NCBI GenBank assembly: GCA_964604285.1
Contig: CAZRYL010000002.1
Location: 6,669 to 70,668 of the forward strand
From: an uncultured Methanotrichaceae archaeon
Lineage (GTDB): Archaea > Halobacteriota > Methanosarcinia > Methanotrichales > Methanotrichaceae
Direction of reading: 5' to 3'
Length of the DNA stretch: 64,000 nt
Shown here: positions 39,365 through 48,992 of the stretch, piece after piece
How positions within the stretch are numbered: the first letter of the stretch is position 1
Layout of the letters: the number at the start of each line of letters is the position of its first letter
Position numbers and translations under genes: made by a program
Notes under the pieces: generated by a model
Told to the model about the DNA's origin: nothing
The model's database searches: none
Seen by the model: the letters and a program-made list of their open reading frames with translations, nothing else

Positions 39365-40368
39365 GGACATCTGATTTTCCTTTTACTAAAGAAGCGTCTG
39401 ACCAGGTTCGCAGTTTAGGTTACTCGCTGGATGATCTGATCGGCAAAACCTCTTTTAAGTCGGTGCGCAGCAGAGCTATGGAGAGGGTTTTGGGAGCGAT
39501 ATCCGTCTCCATTCCTGAAATAAGGACGAGCACCGATGCAGGGCATCTGACGGAGCTTCTCTCCTATCCACTGGCCAGGGTCATGGTCTCCTGTCTGCAA
39601 GACCCAGTCCTCCTGCGCCGCTACGCTCTTGCAGAAGCAAAGCTGGCCTTCAAAAGGATGCACGAGGCGGGCGTAAATCTAGTATTGCTAGCATGCGACC
39701 TCGGCCTTCATCCTCAGGGGTCAGGGCCATGGAAGCTCTACTTCGCAGAGTACATACATGCGGCGCACAGGATGCACAGCCCAAATTGGAAGCTGACCAA
39801 TCGCGACCTGAGAGATGGTTATTTAACTGTCACAGAAGAAGAGTTGAAGCGACTCTTGGAGGAGCAGGTCAGGGAGAGGGTATTGAGGGGACTTCCCCTG
39901 TCTGTTGACGAGAGCGTCTGCGAGCGGCTTGCTGAGTACCTGAATCCACTGCGTGCGGATCTAGAGGTCGTAAAAGCACGCAAGAGGGTGGATTTGGGCA
40001 AGATAGAGCAGGGGGCCTTTCCACCCTGCATCAAAAAGATGCTGTCCGATGCAGCAAAGGGCATAAACCTTGCTCACACAGCGCGCTTCGCCCTGGTGAG
40101 CTTTCTCTTGCAGATCAATATGACGGCCGAGGAGGTAGTTGCGCTCTTCAACACCAGCCCGGATTTCGATGAGGAGAAGACCCGCTACCAGGTGGAGCAT
40201 ATCGCAGGCGCTTCTGGAACCAAATACAGGCCGCCAGCGTGCGCAACCATGGCCACCTATGGCAATTGCCCAGGCGAAGACGATCTGTGCCGTAAGATCA
40301 GACACCCTCTCAGCTACTACGAGAGGCGTATGAGGTCTTTAAAACAAAGTTCTGAAGTGCGCAAATGA
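39361..40368 (+). CDS. priL: DNA primase large subunit
   Basis: FPPCI, H.ARF, PDFDEEKTRYQVEHI, Fe-S Cys residues, HPL.YY. Confidence 0.93.
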   Translation: MRTSDFPFTKEASDQVRSLGYSLDDLIGKTSFKSVRSRAMERVLGAISVSIPEIRTSTDAGHLTELLSYPLARVMVSCLQDPVLLRRYALAEAKLAFKRMHEAGVNLVLLACDLGLHPQGSGPWKLYFAEYIHAAHRMHSPNWKLTNRDLRDGYLTVTEEELKRLLEEQVRERVLRGLPLSVDESVCERLAEYLNPLRADLEVVKARKRVDLGKIEQGAFPPCIKKMLSDAAKGINLAHTARFALVSFLLQINMTAEEVVALFNTSPDFDEEKTRYQVEHIAGASGTKYRPPACATMATYGNCPGEDDLCRKIRHPLSYYERRMRSLKQSSEVRK

Positions 40369-42100
40369 AATCTTTTACTGCAGAGTCCTCCAGCACTTCT
40401 GGTTTTGCCAGGAACCAAACTTCATCATCTAAAATTGCTTTGAAGCCCAATCCTGCCTGTACTGCTGCAGCATGCTCACAAAACCCCACGTCTGCACGGC
40501 CAGAAGATATGGCCGCAGCGACGGATGAATGCGTTCTGGCGACTCGCACGAACCTGGGATTGAAAATGCCCAGATCCAGCATAACCCGCTCAAATGCCAC
40601 ATTCATCTTCGAATCCCTATGCCAGCCCACTACTCTCTGGCAACTCATGTCCAGTGGGGCCTTTTCATCTCGGAAGACCAGTCCCAGCTCTCTATTGTAG
40701 CCTTTTATTGCGGCCAGAGCGGCAGGAGGATCTTGCAAGCCAAAGACGCATACAAGGTCTGCGATACCGTCGTCCTGGTACATCCTTCCTCGCATAAATC
40801 CTGTGTTCATCAGCTTGATTTGCATGGGCAGTGTCTCTGCCAGCTTTTCGAGAAGGAAGGAGTTCTCCCCGGCAATTACAAGATCGGGAGCTTCGAGCTC
40901 AGAAAACAGGTGGACGTCAAATTCTGCTCCCTTTTCCAGGTACTCTACACCCACAGGAATCTCTATGACCCCGTCTGCTCCTGCCAAGGTGGTGATGGAT
41001 CCGCTGCCCTTGTCCACAGGATAGACCAGGTCGCGCGAGATGCCCACTGCCAGCATCTGCTGGCGGCCTTCCGTCCGAATGGCTCCAGCCAGCCTGCCTT
41101 TCGTGCGGTGTCCGTGCATTCTCACACCAAGGGATTTGCGAATGAGAGGTGCTGCAAGCTTTGCAAAGACAGTAAGGGCGCTTGTGGGGTAGCCGGGCAG
41201 GCCGATGCATGGCTTGCCTTCAATCTGCCCGAATATGGTGGGTTTGCCAGGCTTCAGGTTTATGCCGTGAAAGATCGTCTCTCCCACGCCATCCATGACC
41301 TGATAGATCATGTCGCCAGTGCCCGCTGAAGTGCTGCCGCTCACCAGGATGAGATCGCATTCCTTGGCCATCTTCTGCAACGTTTTCGCCATTCCCCTCA
41401 ACTCATCAGGAAGTATGCCGTACCTTATGGCTGTAGCTCCACACTCCTCAACGGCCATAGCTACGGTATGGGAGTTGATGTCGTAGATCTGGCCGATGCC
41501 CAGAGCTTCTCCGGGCTTCACCAGCTCATTGCCAGTTGACGCCACGCCTACTTTGAGCTGCCGTACCGGGACTTCTTCCAACCCCAATGCAGCCAGAACG
41601 CCTATCTCTCTCGTGCCCAGCTTTGTGCCTGGAAAGAGCACAACTTCTCCAAGTGCAATGTCGCTGCCCGCTGTCTGCACATTCTCTCCGCTGAAAACAG
41701 GTCTTCGCACCAATACACGACCATCCTCTTCCTGAGCGTATTCGATCATGACCACTGCGTCAGCGTCCTGCGGCATCATGGAGCCAGTGGATACCTCTGC
41801 GGCCTCGCCTCTTCCCACGTGAACCTCGGGCCTTGCACCCATGGGAATGCTTCCCACCAGCTTGAGGGAGACGGGCCTGTCCTCTCTGGCATTTAAAGTA
41901 TCCTCAGCCAGAGCTGCGTAGCCGTCCATCGAAGCTCGATTGAATCCCGGGACATCCATGCCAGAGATGATCTTTTCTGCCAGAACTGCGCTCCTGGCCT
42001 GCAATATTGGAACCATCTTCACGCCAGGCTTGGGAGCATGACTGAGAACTATTGATACAGCTTCTTCCAGGGTTATGAGGCTGCGAAACTCTTTATGCAT
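40310..42100 (-). CDS. moeA: Molybdopterin molybdenumtransferase MoeA fused to a PBP-like domain
   Basis: RASMDGYA, STGNEL, DINS, KPGKPT, GLPGYPTS; C-terminal THSSVAAAI..GRADVG. Confidence 0.9.
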   Translation of the reverse strand: MHKEFRSLITLEEAVSIVLSHAPKPGVKMVPILQARSAVLAEKIISGMDVPGFNRASMDGYAALAEDTLNAREDRPVSLKLVGSIPMGARPEVHVGRGEAAEVSTGSMMPQDADAVVMIEYAQEEDGRVLVRRPVFSGENVQTAGSDIALGEVVLFPGTKLGTREIGVLAALGLEEVPVRQLKVGVASTGNELVKPGEALGIGQIYDINSHTVAMAVEECGATAIRYGILPDELRGMAKTLQKMAKECDLILVSGSTSAGTGDMIYQVMDGVGETIFHGINLKPGKPTIFGQIEGKPCIGLPGYPTSALTVFAKLAAPLIRKSLGVRMHGHRTKGRLAGAIRTEGRQQMLAVGISRDLVYPVDKGSGSITTLAGADGVIEIPVGVEYLEKGAEFDVHLFSELEAPDLVIAGENSFLLEKLAETLPMQIKLMNTGFMRGRMYQDDGIADLVCVFGLQDPPAALAAIKGYNRELGLVFRDEKAPLDMSCQRVVGWHRDSKMNVAFERVMLDLGIFNPRFVRVARTHSSVAAAISSGRADVGFCEHAAAVQAGLGFKAILDDEVWFLAKPEVLEDSAVKDFICALQNFVLKTSYASRSS

Positions 42101-42151
42101 ATTATGCCATCCAACAAGCATCTATAAAAGCCCCAGGGAATGGATCATTGT

Positions 42152-42220
42152 GTTATTTTTAGATAACTTAATGTTAGATATAAAAAACATTTAAATACTT
42201 TGAAGTTAGAATTACCTAAC
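42152..42220. promoter_or_regulatory. Three GTTA-N8-WAAC palindromic operator-like sites
   Basis: Sites at 42152-42167, 42173-42188 and 42205-42220, upstream of the membrane protein/HTH pair. Confidence 0.65.
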
Positions 42221-42604
42221 ATGAAGAAGGTTAGATTTTTGGCAGGCATGCTTCTCGGAGCGGCCCTCATTGTAGCAGGACTGCTTCTATCCTTTCTGGG
42301 CTACAATGCACTCTTCATTGCGGCAGGAGGCGTGGCAGCTCTCATCACGGCGATCGTCAGATTCTGGCAGAGAGGAGATCAGCCGGAGAAGGATGAGCGA
42401 ACAGACAAGATCAGAGCCTTCAGCCTGGCTTACTCATGGTTCGCGAGCATAATCCTCTCGCTGGTCATATTTTGCGCAGTCTTTATGGGCATCATCGACC
42501 CAAGCGCGTCGACAGCTCTGTCGGCTGTCATCTACATTATGACCGGCAGCGCTATACTCTTTATCATCGTCCTTAATCGTCGGGGCGATGTGGGGCGGTC
42601 ATGA
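42221..42604 (+). CDS. DUF2178-like membrane protein
   Basis: Four TM segments and KDERT..I...S.AYSW motif. Confidence 0.75.
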   Translation: MKKVRFLAGMLLGAALIVAGLLLSFLGYNALFIAAGGVAALITAIVRFWQRGDQPEKDERTDKIRAFSLAYSWFASIILSLVIFCAVFMGIIDPSASTALSAVIYIMTGSAILFIIVLNRRGDVGRS

Positions 42605-42813
42605 AGACGCGCATCAAAGAGCTCAGGGCGAGGCATGACCTCACCCAGGAGGACTTGGCTCGCATGGTTGGGGTGCGGCGAGAGACCATCCTTTTCCTGG
42701 AAAAAGGCAAGTACAATCCCTCGCTCAGGCTGGCCTACAGGATCTCAAGAGCATTACAGGCCAGCATCGAAGAGATCTTCCTCTTCGGTGATGAGGACCT
42801 CAAGAACTCATGA
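42601..42813 (+). CDS. XRE-family HTH transcriptional regulator
   Basis: IKELR...[27 protein letters not shown]. Confidence 0.92.
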   Translation: MKTRIKELRARHDLTQEDLARMVGVRRETILFLEKGKYNPSLRLAYRISRALQASIEEIFLFGDEDLKNS

Positions 42814-42842
42814 TCGAGCCTGCAGCATTTTTTTGGAAAGGC

Positions 42843-43940
42843 TCAGCCGGACTTGACGCGCGCAGCCTTGTTTCTCAGGAGATGATCTGCCAGCACAAGG
42901 GCAACCATGGCCTCTGCCACAGGCACAATTCTGGGAGGAATTGCGGGATCATGCCTTCCTTGAATCTCGATCTCAGACTCTTCGCCCGATAAAAGGTCGA
43001 CTGTGCGCTGCCGTTTCGCGATGGAGGGCGTCGGCTTCACAGCAATCCTGCAGAGGATGGTCTCCCCCGAGGAGATGCCACCCAGAATGCCGCCGGCGTT
43101 GTTGCTTTCAAACCCAACCTTGCCATCTCTTTGTATCAGCGGATCGTTCATCGCGCTGCCGCGCAATCTTGCGCTCTCAAGGCCTGCACCGATCTCCACA
43201 GCCTTCACAGCGCCGATGCTCATCAACGCCTTGGCAAGGTCCGCATCAAGCTTGTCGAAGACCGGCTCGCCCAGGCCTGCTGGCACCCCTCTGGCAGATA
43301 TCACCACTATTCCTCCCAGGCTGTCGCCCTCAGCTCGAACTTGGTCTAAGAGCAGGAGCATCTTTTGGGCAGCGACAAGGTCAGGACAGCGAACTGGATT
43401 GGACTCGGCGGCGGCCTTAAGTTCATCCCAATCAGAAGAAACGATCTTTGCCCCTATCCCGCCAAGCTCCGCCACGTAGCCAGCGACCACGATTCCCTCC
43501 CGACAGAGGAGCTTCTTGGCAACTGCGCCTGCAGCCACGCGACCGACGGTCTCGCGCGCAGAAGCGCGGCCTCCGCCTCGATGGTCTCTGAGGCCAAATT
43601 TCATCTGGTAAGAATAATCTGCATGTCCAGGCCGGGGCTTGTTTCGCAGGGCATCGTAGGCGCTGGAATTTGCATCCTTGTTCCAAACGACCATTGAGAT
43701 GGGCATTCCTGTGGTCCGCCCCTCGAAGATTCCCGATAAAACCTCCACGCGGTCCTCTTCCATGCGTTGCGTGGATGCCCTGCTCTGGCCTGGACGGCGA
43801 CGGTCAAGCTCCCTCTGGATGTCCTCTGCAGCCAGTTCGAGGCCCGCTGGGCAGCCGTCCACGACGACCCCAACGGCGCGCCCGTGCGACTCTCCCCATG
43901 TGGTAATTCGAAATATCGTGCCAAATGTGTTGCCGGACAT
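42843..43940 (-). CDS. aroC: Chorismate synthase
   Basis: [39 protein letters not shown]. Confidence 0.97.
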   Translation of the reverse strand: MSGNTFGTIFRITTWGESHGRAVGVVVDGCPAGLELAAEDIQRELDRRRPGQSRASTQRMEEDRVEVLSGIFEGRTTGMPISMVVWNKDANSSAYDALRNKPRPGHADYSYQMKFGLRDHRGGGRASARETVGRVAAGAVAKKLLCREGIVVAGYVAELGGIGAKIVSSDWDELKAAAESNPVRCPDLVAAQKMLLLLDQVRAEGDSLGGIVVISARGVPAGLGEPVFDKLDADLAKALMSIGAVKAVEIGAGLESARLRGSAMNDPLIQRDGKVGFESNNAGGILGGISSGETILCRIAVKPTPSIAKRQRTVDLLSGEESEIEIQGRHDPAIPPRIVPVAEAMVALVLADHLLRNKAARVKSG

Positions 43941-44037
43941 GCAAGACGCCTTAAATGAGTGCTTCAATCCTTTTGTGGCAGCTCATAAATAAGCTCCGCC
44001 TTGCAAGGGGATATTTCTTTGGGAAATAATGCCTCGT

Positions 44038-44889
44038 TTAAGCCTTCAGCGCCTCAGCGATCAGTGGCGCAACTGAGACTGTGCTCACACCCTTGTCCAG
44101 AGTGTCCGTAGCCAGCACCGCCTTGACACCCGATCGGTAGAGCTTTAGCACTGCCGATCCAGTCAATACTGGATGGACTGCTGCCAGGTAAACTGATCTT
44201 GCCCCCTGCTGGCGCAGCAGCGAGATGGCCATGGCCATTGTCCCGCCGGTTGCGATCATGTCGTCGAAGATGACCACGTCCCTGCCCACAACCTCCAGCT
44301 CCACTGGCGCCATTGAGACCTCTGTGCCTGAGAGCCTTGTCTTTTGCAGGTAATCGCATTGCACCCCAAGGCGCGAGGCTGCAGCCTTGGCCATGGCCAC
44401 TGCACCTTTGTCTGGAGATATGACCACTGCATCCTTCAGGCCCATCGAGCTGATCCCGTCTGCCAGGAGTGGTGTGGCGTCCAAATTCTGGGCCTGGCAC
44501 CGGAAATGCGAGATGATGGACGTGGCATGGATATTCACCAGATAGACCCGTCCATTCTCGAGGAAGGGATTGAGTGCAGTGGCCACCGCCCTGGCAGTCA
44601 TGGGCTCGCCGGGCTTGAAGATCTTGTCCTGGCGAGCATAGCCGAAGTATGGTATGACAAGTGAGATCTCCTTTCCCTGACATACATCCAGGAGCTGCAG
44701 CAGAAAAACGAGGTCTTGATCTGTGGGCGTGGATTGGATTATCGCTACCTCGTCGTCCAGCGGCGTTACAACCTGTGTGTAGGATTCTCCATCAGGAAAT
44801 GTCTTGTAATCGCAAAGAGCCAGCTCTTGTCCTAAAATGGCCGCAACCCTTCCAGCTAAAAGCTGGGAGGCAGGCCCTCCGATGATCAT
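44038..44889 (-). CDS. prs: Ribose-phosphate pyrophosphokinase
   Basis: FPDGE, PYFGYARQDK, SPDKG, DDMIATGGT. Confidence 0.95.
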   Translation of the reverse strand: MIIGGPASQLLAGRVAAILGQELALCDYKTFPDGESYTQVVTPLDDEVAIIQSTPTDQDLVFLLQLLDVCQGKEISLVIPYFGYARQDKIFKPGEPMTARAVATALNPFLENGRVYLVNIHATSIISHFRCQAQNLDATPLLADGISSMGLKDAVVISPDKGAVAMAKAAASRLGVQCDYLQKTRLSGTEVSMAPVELEVVGRDVVIFDDMIATGGTMAMAISLLRQQGARSVYLAAVHPVLTGSAVLKLYRSGVKAVLATDTLDKGVSTVSVAPLIAEALKA

Positions 44890-44898
44890 AAAACCTCC

Positions 44899-46233
44899 TT
44901 AGCTGCCTATAACATTCATCCTGACCTTTGCAGTCGGCGTGACTATGGATCCAACAGAACGCACATCAGTGCCAAGCTCGATATCCAACAGAATCTCAAA
45001 GATATTACCGGCGAGCATCAAGGATCGTATGGGCTTTGGATCCTCGCCAGGCGCTATGTAAAAAACGTTTCTCGCTTCGACAGAGAAGTCGCCAGATATT
45101 GGATTAGCGGTATGAGCACCGATGAGACCATTTACCAGGTATCCTTCAGCCTCCGCGAAAAGGTCATGGGCATCAGGAGAGCTCATAATAGTATTTCGTA
45201 TGCCCACGCGTGGAACATCTGAGTACCCGGAGCGCACAGCGTTGCCTGTTGACTTGACGCCATCTTTTCCAGCGGTGTAGCTGTCGTATAGGAAGCCCAG
45301 CAAAATGCCATCTTCGACCAGGACGTTCCTCTGAGAAGGCACGCCTTCGCCATCAAAAGATGAGGAATCAAGCCCTCCCGAGAGCAAGCCATCGTCTGTT
45401 ATCTGAAGGCTCTCAGAGGCGATCTTTTCGCCCACGCGCCCTCTCAGGGATGATCTGCCTTTCTGCACACTATCCGCGTATATTGCAGGCAGCAGTGTGG
45501 CCTCCAATAGCTCCGCGACGGCTATGGGCTTCAAAAGCACATCGAAATTTCCGCTCTCGCCCTTCGTCCCGCCTAAAGAGGCCTTGGCCATCTCGGCAGC
45601 TGCCCTGCCCACATCTTCCAAAGATGGCTGGAGCGCTCTGGAGTTTTGAAACTCACTGCCAGTGGCCACATCCCCAGCTCTGGCAATGGTCTCCATGGAT
45701 GCGTGCATCATCGTCGAAGTCTCCTGGAGTTCAATTCCAAGAGAGTTGACCACATAGTCCGTTCCAAAAACGCAGCCTACACTGCCTGATACTGGTTCAG
45801 CTCCTTTGACCTCTGCACAGCCTCGCTGAAGGCTCATGGCCAGGTCGAGACACTCTTCAGGCCCAATCCGCTCCATTCGAGCATCATAAATGCCAGTCGG
45901 CTGAACGATCTTCTCAGGATGAGGCAGAGAGCGCCATGCATCATCGGATCCCCGTGCCCTTGCGGACTTGACTGCACTTCTGGCCACCAATGGCAAAAGC
46001 TCCATATTGCTGGTACTGGAAAAGCCTACAGATCCCAACACGACCGCCCGCAGGCCAAGGCCACAGTGAAAGCTCTCGCTGGCCAGCTCCACAGAATTCT
46101 TTCGCAGGTCTACATCCACAGAATGTCCCTGAATGCCAAAGACTTCGGCCTCTTGTGCGCCCTCGCGCTCAGCCAACGAGAGGAGCCGATATGCATAATC
46201 CAGGAGACTATCCGATGTATCTGAGATCTTCAT
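44899..46233 (-). CDS. TldD/PmbA family protein (PmbA-like)
   Basis: FDGEGVP, STGNA, GAHTANPISGDFS. Confidence 0.88.
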   Translation of the reverse strand: MKISDTSDSLLDYAYRLLSLAEREGAQEAEVFGIQGHSVDVDLRKNSVELASESFHCGLGLRAVVLGSVGFSSTSNMELLPLVARSAVKSARARGSDDAWRSLPHPEKIVQPTGIYDARMERIGPEECLDLAMSLQRGCAEVKGAEPVSGSVGCVFGTDYVVNSLGIELQETSTMMHASMETIARAGDVATGSEFQNSRALQPSLEDVGRAAAEMAKASLGGTKGESGNFDVLLKPIAVAELLEATLLPAIYADSVQKGRSSLRGRVGEKIASESLQITDDGLLSGGLDSSSFDGEGVPSQRNVLVEDGILLGFLYDSYTAGKDGVKSTGNAVRSGYSDVPRVGIRNTIMSSPDAHDLFAEAEGYLVNGLIGAHTANPISGDFSVEARNVFYIAPGEDPKPIRSLMLAGNIFEILLDIELGTDVRSVGSIVTPTAKVRMNVIGS

Positions 46234-46978
46234 CTCCACCAGCCTCATAGGGCGCCTGGGCCCTCTCCATCTCCTGAAGCTTGCCGATTATCTTCTCCAT
46301 CTCCTTTGCGCGCTCCTCCAGGGCATGCATGCTAACTTCTATCCCAAGGATATGTGAGAGGATCCTCAAAACCTCCTGAGCAGCCTTGGGATCCACTAGA
46401 TAGCCGCTGGTCACGCCCATCAGGCAAACTGCGTCTATGCCCCGCAAGGCGCCAAGCCCCAGCAGGAGGCCAGAGACTCCGATGATGCCACCGCCAGGTT
46501 CGTTCTCGTGGAAGATCACCTCATGCTGCTTCATCTCTTCGACCAGCTCGATCCTCGTGGCAGCTCCCATGACAGCGGGCTTGTCGACGAATTGTCCAGT
46601 GCCATAGCCACCCAAAGCATAGATGCGCGATACATTGAAGCTCTGGGCAATATCCAGGAAGATGCCTGTGAGCTCGTAGTGCCCCTCATTGGTGGCACTC
46701 TGGTAATCCCCGATCAGGATGAGAAGGTCTGACTCATTCCCCTTTCCATGATAGGCATAGATCTCGTTCCTGACCTGTTTGATGGTGCCATCTTCTCTTA
46801 CCATGACCTGGGGCGGAAAGTGAGGTGAGTAAATCTCTATGATCTTCTCGGCCTTCAACTCTTCTACCATGTGATCGGCCACCAGTTTCCCTACGTGGCC
46901 AACGCCAGGCAGCCCTTCTACTAGAATCGGGTCCTTCAGTGTCACATCTTTTATGCGGTGAACAAGGGTCTCCTTCAT
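46208..46978 (-). CDS. Proteasome assembly chaperone, PAC2 family
   Basis: EGLPGVGHVGKL, FPPQV, GDYQ, TSGYLVDP; follows nop10. Confidence 0.88.
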   Translation of the reverse strand: MKETLVHRIKDVTLKDPILVEGLPGVGHVGKLVADHMVEELKAEKIIEIYSPHFPPQVMVREDGTIKQVRNEIYAYHGKGNESDLLILIGDYQSATNEGHYELTGIFLDIAQSFNVSRIYALGGYGTGQFVDKPAVMGAATRIELVEEMKQHEVIFHENEPGGGIIGVSGLLLGLGALRGIDAVCLMGVTSGYLVDPKAAQEVLRILSHILGIEVSMHALEERAKEMEKIIGKLQEMERAQAPYEAGGDEDLRYIG

Positions 46979-47136
46979 TTAGCCTCCTCGGTCAGTGCTC
47001 TCCTGTATCTTCCATAGGGGTCGTCCGGAGAGAACTTGGCTGGCTTTGTAGGGATAGTAGAAGCGCCACAGACAGGGCAGGCATCCTTCAGGGTGTAGCG
47101 GTAGCAGGCCGTACACCTCATGATCTTGGATCTCAT
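46975..47136 (-). CDS. nop10: H/ACA RNP protein Nop10 (absent from the ORF track, 53 aa)
   Basis: Manual translation MRSKIMRCTACYRYTLKDACPVCG...PAKFSPDDPYGRYRR. Confidence 0.92.
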   Translation of the reverse strand: MRSKIMRCTACYRYTLKDACPVCGASTIPTKPAKFSPDDPYGRYRRALTEEAK

Positions 47137-47906
47137 GCCTCTCTAAGGAAGGTGCCTTCTCCGCCGTGCTGCTCGATGTACTTGACTACACTCTGAGCGG
47201 ACTTCTTGAGAACAGACTCAGCGTGCTTGTAATCAGGTGCAGTAACGTGAATGCGATAACGTGGCGCGCCTATGTAGGTGATGGTAATCGTTGCATCCTT
47301 GTCTTTCGAGCGCTTGGCTTGCTTGAGGGCTTTGCGGATGACCTCAACGCCGTCAGGAGCAGGGGATGTGATATCCACATAGCCGCTGATTTCAACTGAG
47401 GGTATTTTGACGTTATCTCTGGAGAGGTTTTCCAGGATCTTTATGTCCTCATCGGAAAGGCCAGCATCCTTAAGGGCGTCTACACCGCCAAGAGCTGTCT
47501 CTTCCATGGCCAAATAGAGGCTGTCGTAAGCTGCCACCAGGGCATCAGCCACGCGCTTAACATCATCGGGCCGGTCTTTATAGGCCATCTCCAGCCATTT
47601 CCATGCCTTCTGGTCGGCCTTCCACTCCTGAATCTTCTCTCTGCGCTGATGCTCATTCACATCTTTAAGAGAAAGATCTATGTGGTGGCGAGAGGTATCG
47701 ACATTCAGGACTTTGCAGACTATCTTTTGTCCTTCTCTCACGTGGTCGCGAATGTATTTGATCCATCCGCTGGCCACTTCAGAGATGTGGATCAAGCCCT
47801 GCTTGCCGGAATACTCGTCCAAGGAGACGAAGGCGCCGAAGTCCACGACCTGAGTTACGGTGCAGACCACCAGGGACCCGGGCTCTGGCCAGCCCTCACG
47901 TTGCAT
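47133..47906 (-). CDS. eif2a: Translation initiation factor 2 alpha subunit
   Basis: S1 domain WPE.G.LV, HISEVASGWIK, HIDLSLK, YIGAPRY. Confidence 0.95.
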   Translation of the reverse strand: MQREGWPEPGSLVVCTVTQVVDFGAFVSLDEYSGKQGLIHISEVASGWIKYIRDHVREGQKIVCKVLNVDTSRHHIDLSLKDVNEHQRREKIQEWKADQKAWKWLEMAYKDRPDDVKRVADALVAAYDSLYLAMEETALGGVDALKDAGLSDEDIKILENLSRDNVKIPSVEISGYVDITSPAPDGVEVIRKALKQAKRSKDKDATITITYIGAPRYRIHVTAPDYKHAESVLKKSAQSVVKYIEQHGGEGTFLREA

Positions 47907-47912
47907 CGACGA

Positions 47913-48080
47913 TCACTCTAGCACTTCTACTACTTGGGTCTTGATCTCAGCCTTGCCGCCTGTCGGCTCTGCAAGCGTTCGCCCGCAGACCAGGCATTTT
48001 ACGACCGTAGAAGCATGGGCGAAGATCACCTGCTCATTCTCGCAGTCGTTGCACTTCACCTTGACGAACTTGGATGGCAG
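47913..48080 (-). CDS. rps27e: 30S ribosomal protein S27e (probable CTG start)
   Basis: [27 protein letters not shown]. Confidence 0.92.
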   Translation of the reverse strand: MPSKFVKVKCNDCENEQVIFAHASTVVKCLVCGRTLAEPTGGKAEIKTQVVEVLE

Positions 48081-48082
48081 AC

Positions 48083-48367
48083 TTATCCCTCCACAAGATC
48101 GAACTTGCCTGCTCTGAAACCCGGACGGTTGTGGGCCTTCTTGCATACTGCACATCGGTACCTGAGGTTCAATCTCTTGGTGGGTTTATCGCCACCTGGA
48201 ACCTTGGAAAATTTGCCCTGATTTCCAATTCCATTGGCCCGGAAATACCGCTGCCTTCGAATATGGGTCAGGGACGATTCCCTGCCCTTTCTCACCCGCT
48301 CAACCGTTTGAGCGGTATGCTTTTTGCAAAACGGACAGTAAGCATTAAGTTTTTTTGGCATCTTCAC
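48083..48367 (-). CDS. rpl44e: 50S ribosomal protein L44e
   Basis: [29 protein letters not shown]. Confidence 0.95.
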   Translation of the reverse strand: MKMPKKLNAYCPFCKKHTAQTVERVRKGRESSLTHIRRQRYFRANGIGNQGKFSKVPGGDKPTKRLNLRYRCAVCKKAHNRPGFRAGKFDLVEG

Positions 48368-48373
48368 TTATCA

Positions 48374-48940
48374 TCATCTCTCTTGTTTCACTTCAGACGC
48401 TAGATTCTTGTTGCGCAGATTTCTGGCGTGAACTGCCGGGAGAACGGCCACATCGTCCTTGGAGAGGAGATAATTCCTCCCATCTACTCCCACAAACATT
48501 GGAACACTATCCAGCAACCTAACAACCTCGTAGTCCCACGATATATCTTTCTTGCCCGTTAAAGGCCTTTCGGTGTGAGCCACATGAGCAAGGATGGCCT
48601 CCCGACCTCGGGCAAGTGCAGATAACACCTGACGGTAGATCTCCTCCTCTTCCCGGGTCATATCTGCAACTGCGTCTTCCCTGGATGCTGAGCGAGCGTT
48701 TCGAAGCGCTCTGCGAACTATCTTCTTCACCCTCTGGTCGATGAGCTTGTTCACGCTGTTCTTCTCGCTCTTGAGGGCATCTTGCAAAATCTGGGCCTCT
48801 ACGCTAAAAGGGTCATCCAGGCGAGAGAGCTCCTGCTCTAGGCCTGCGAGATAATTTCCAACCTGCTGGTAAAAGTTCTTATCCAGATGCAAGAGCTCCG
48901 CGGTCTTCCGCTCCTCTCGAAGCGTATTGGCCAGATCCAT
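48374..48940 (-). CDS. GINS-family replication protein
   Basis: Helical A domain plus B domain FVGVDGRNY.L...DV..LP; located between priS and rpl44e. Confidence 0.8.
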   Translation of the reverse strand: MDLANTLREERKTAELLHLDKNFYQQVGNYLAGLEQELSRLDDPFSVEAQILQDALKSEKNSVNKLIDQRVKKIVRRALRNARSASREDAVADMTREEEEIYRQVLSALARGREAILAHVAHTERPLTGKKDISWDYEVVRLLDSVPMFVGVDGRNYLLSKDDVAVLPAVHARNLRNKNLASEVKQER

Positions 48941-48992
48941 CTTTACAACCCGCCGCTGCCTTTTATTGCGAACTCGTTATCTGAGATCCGAA

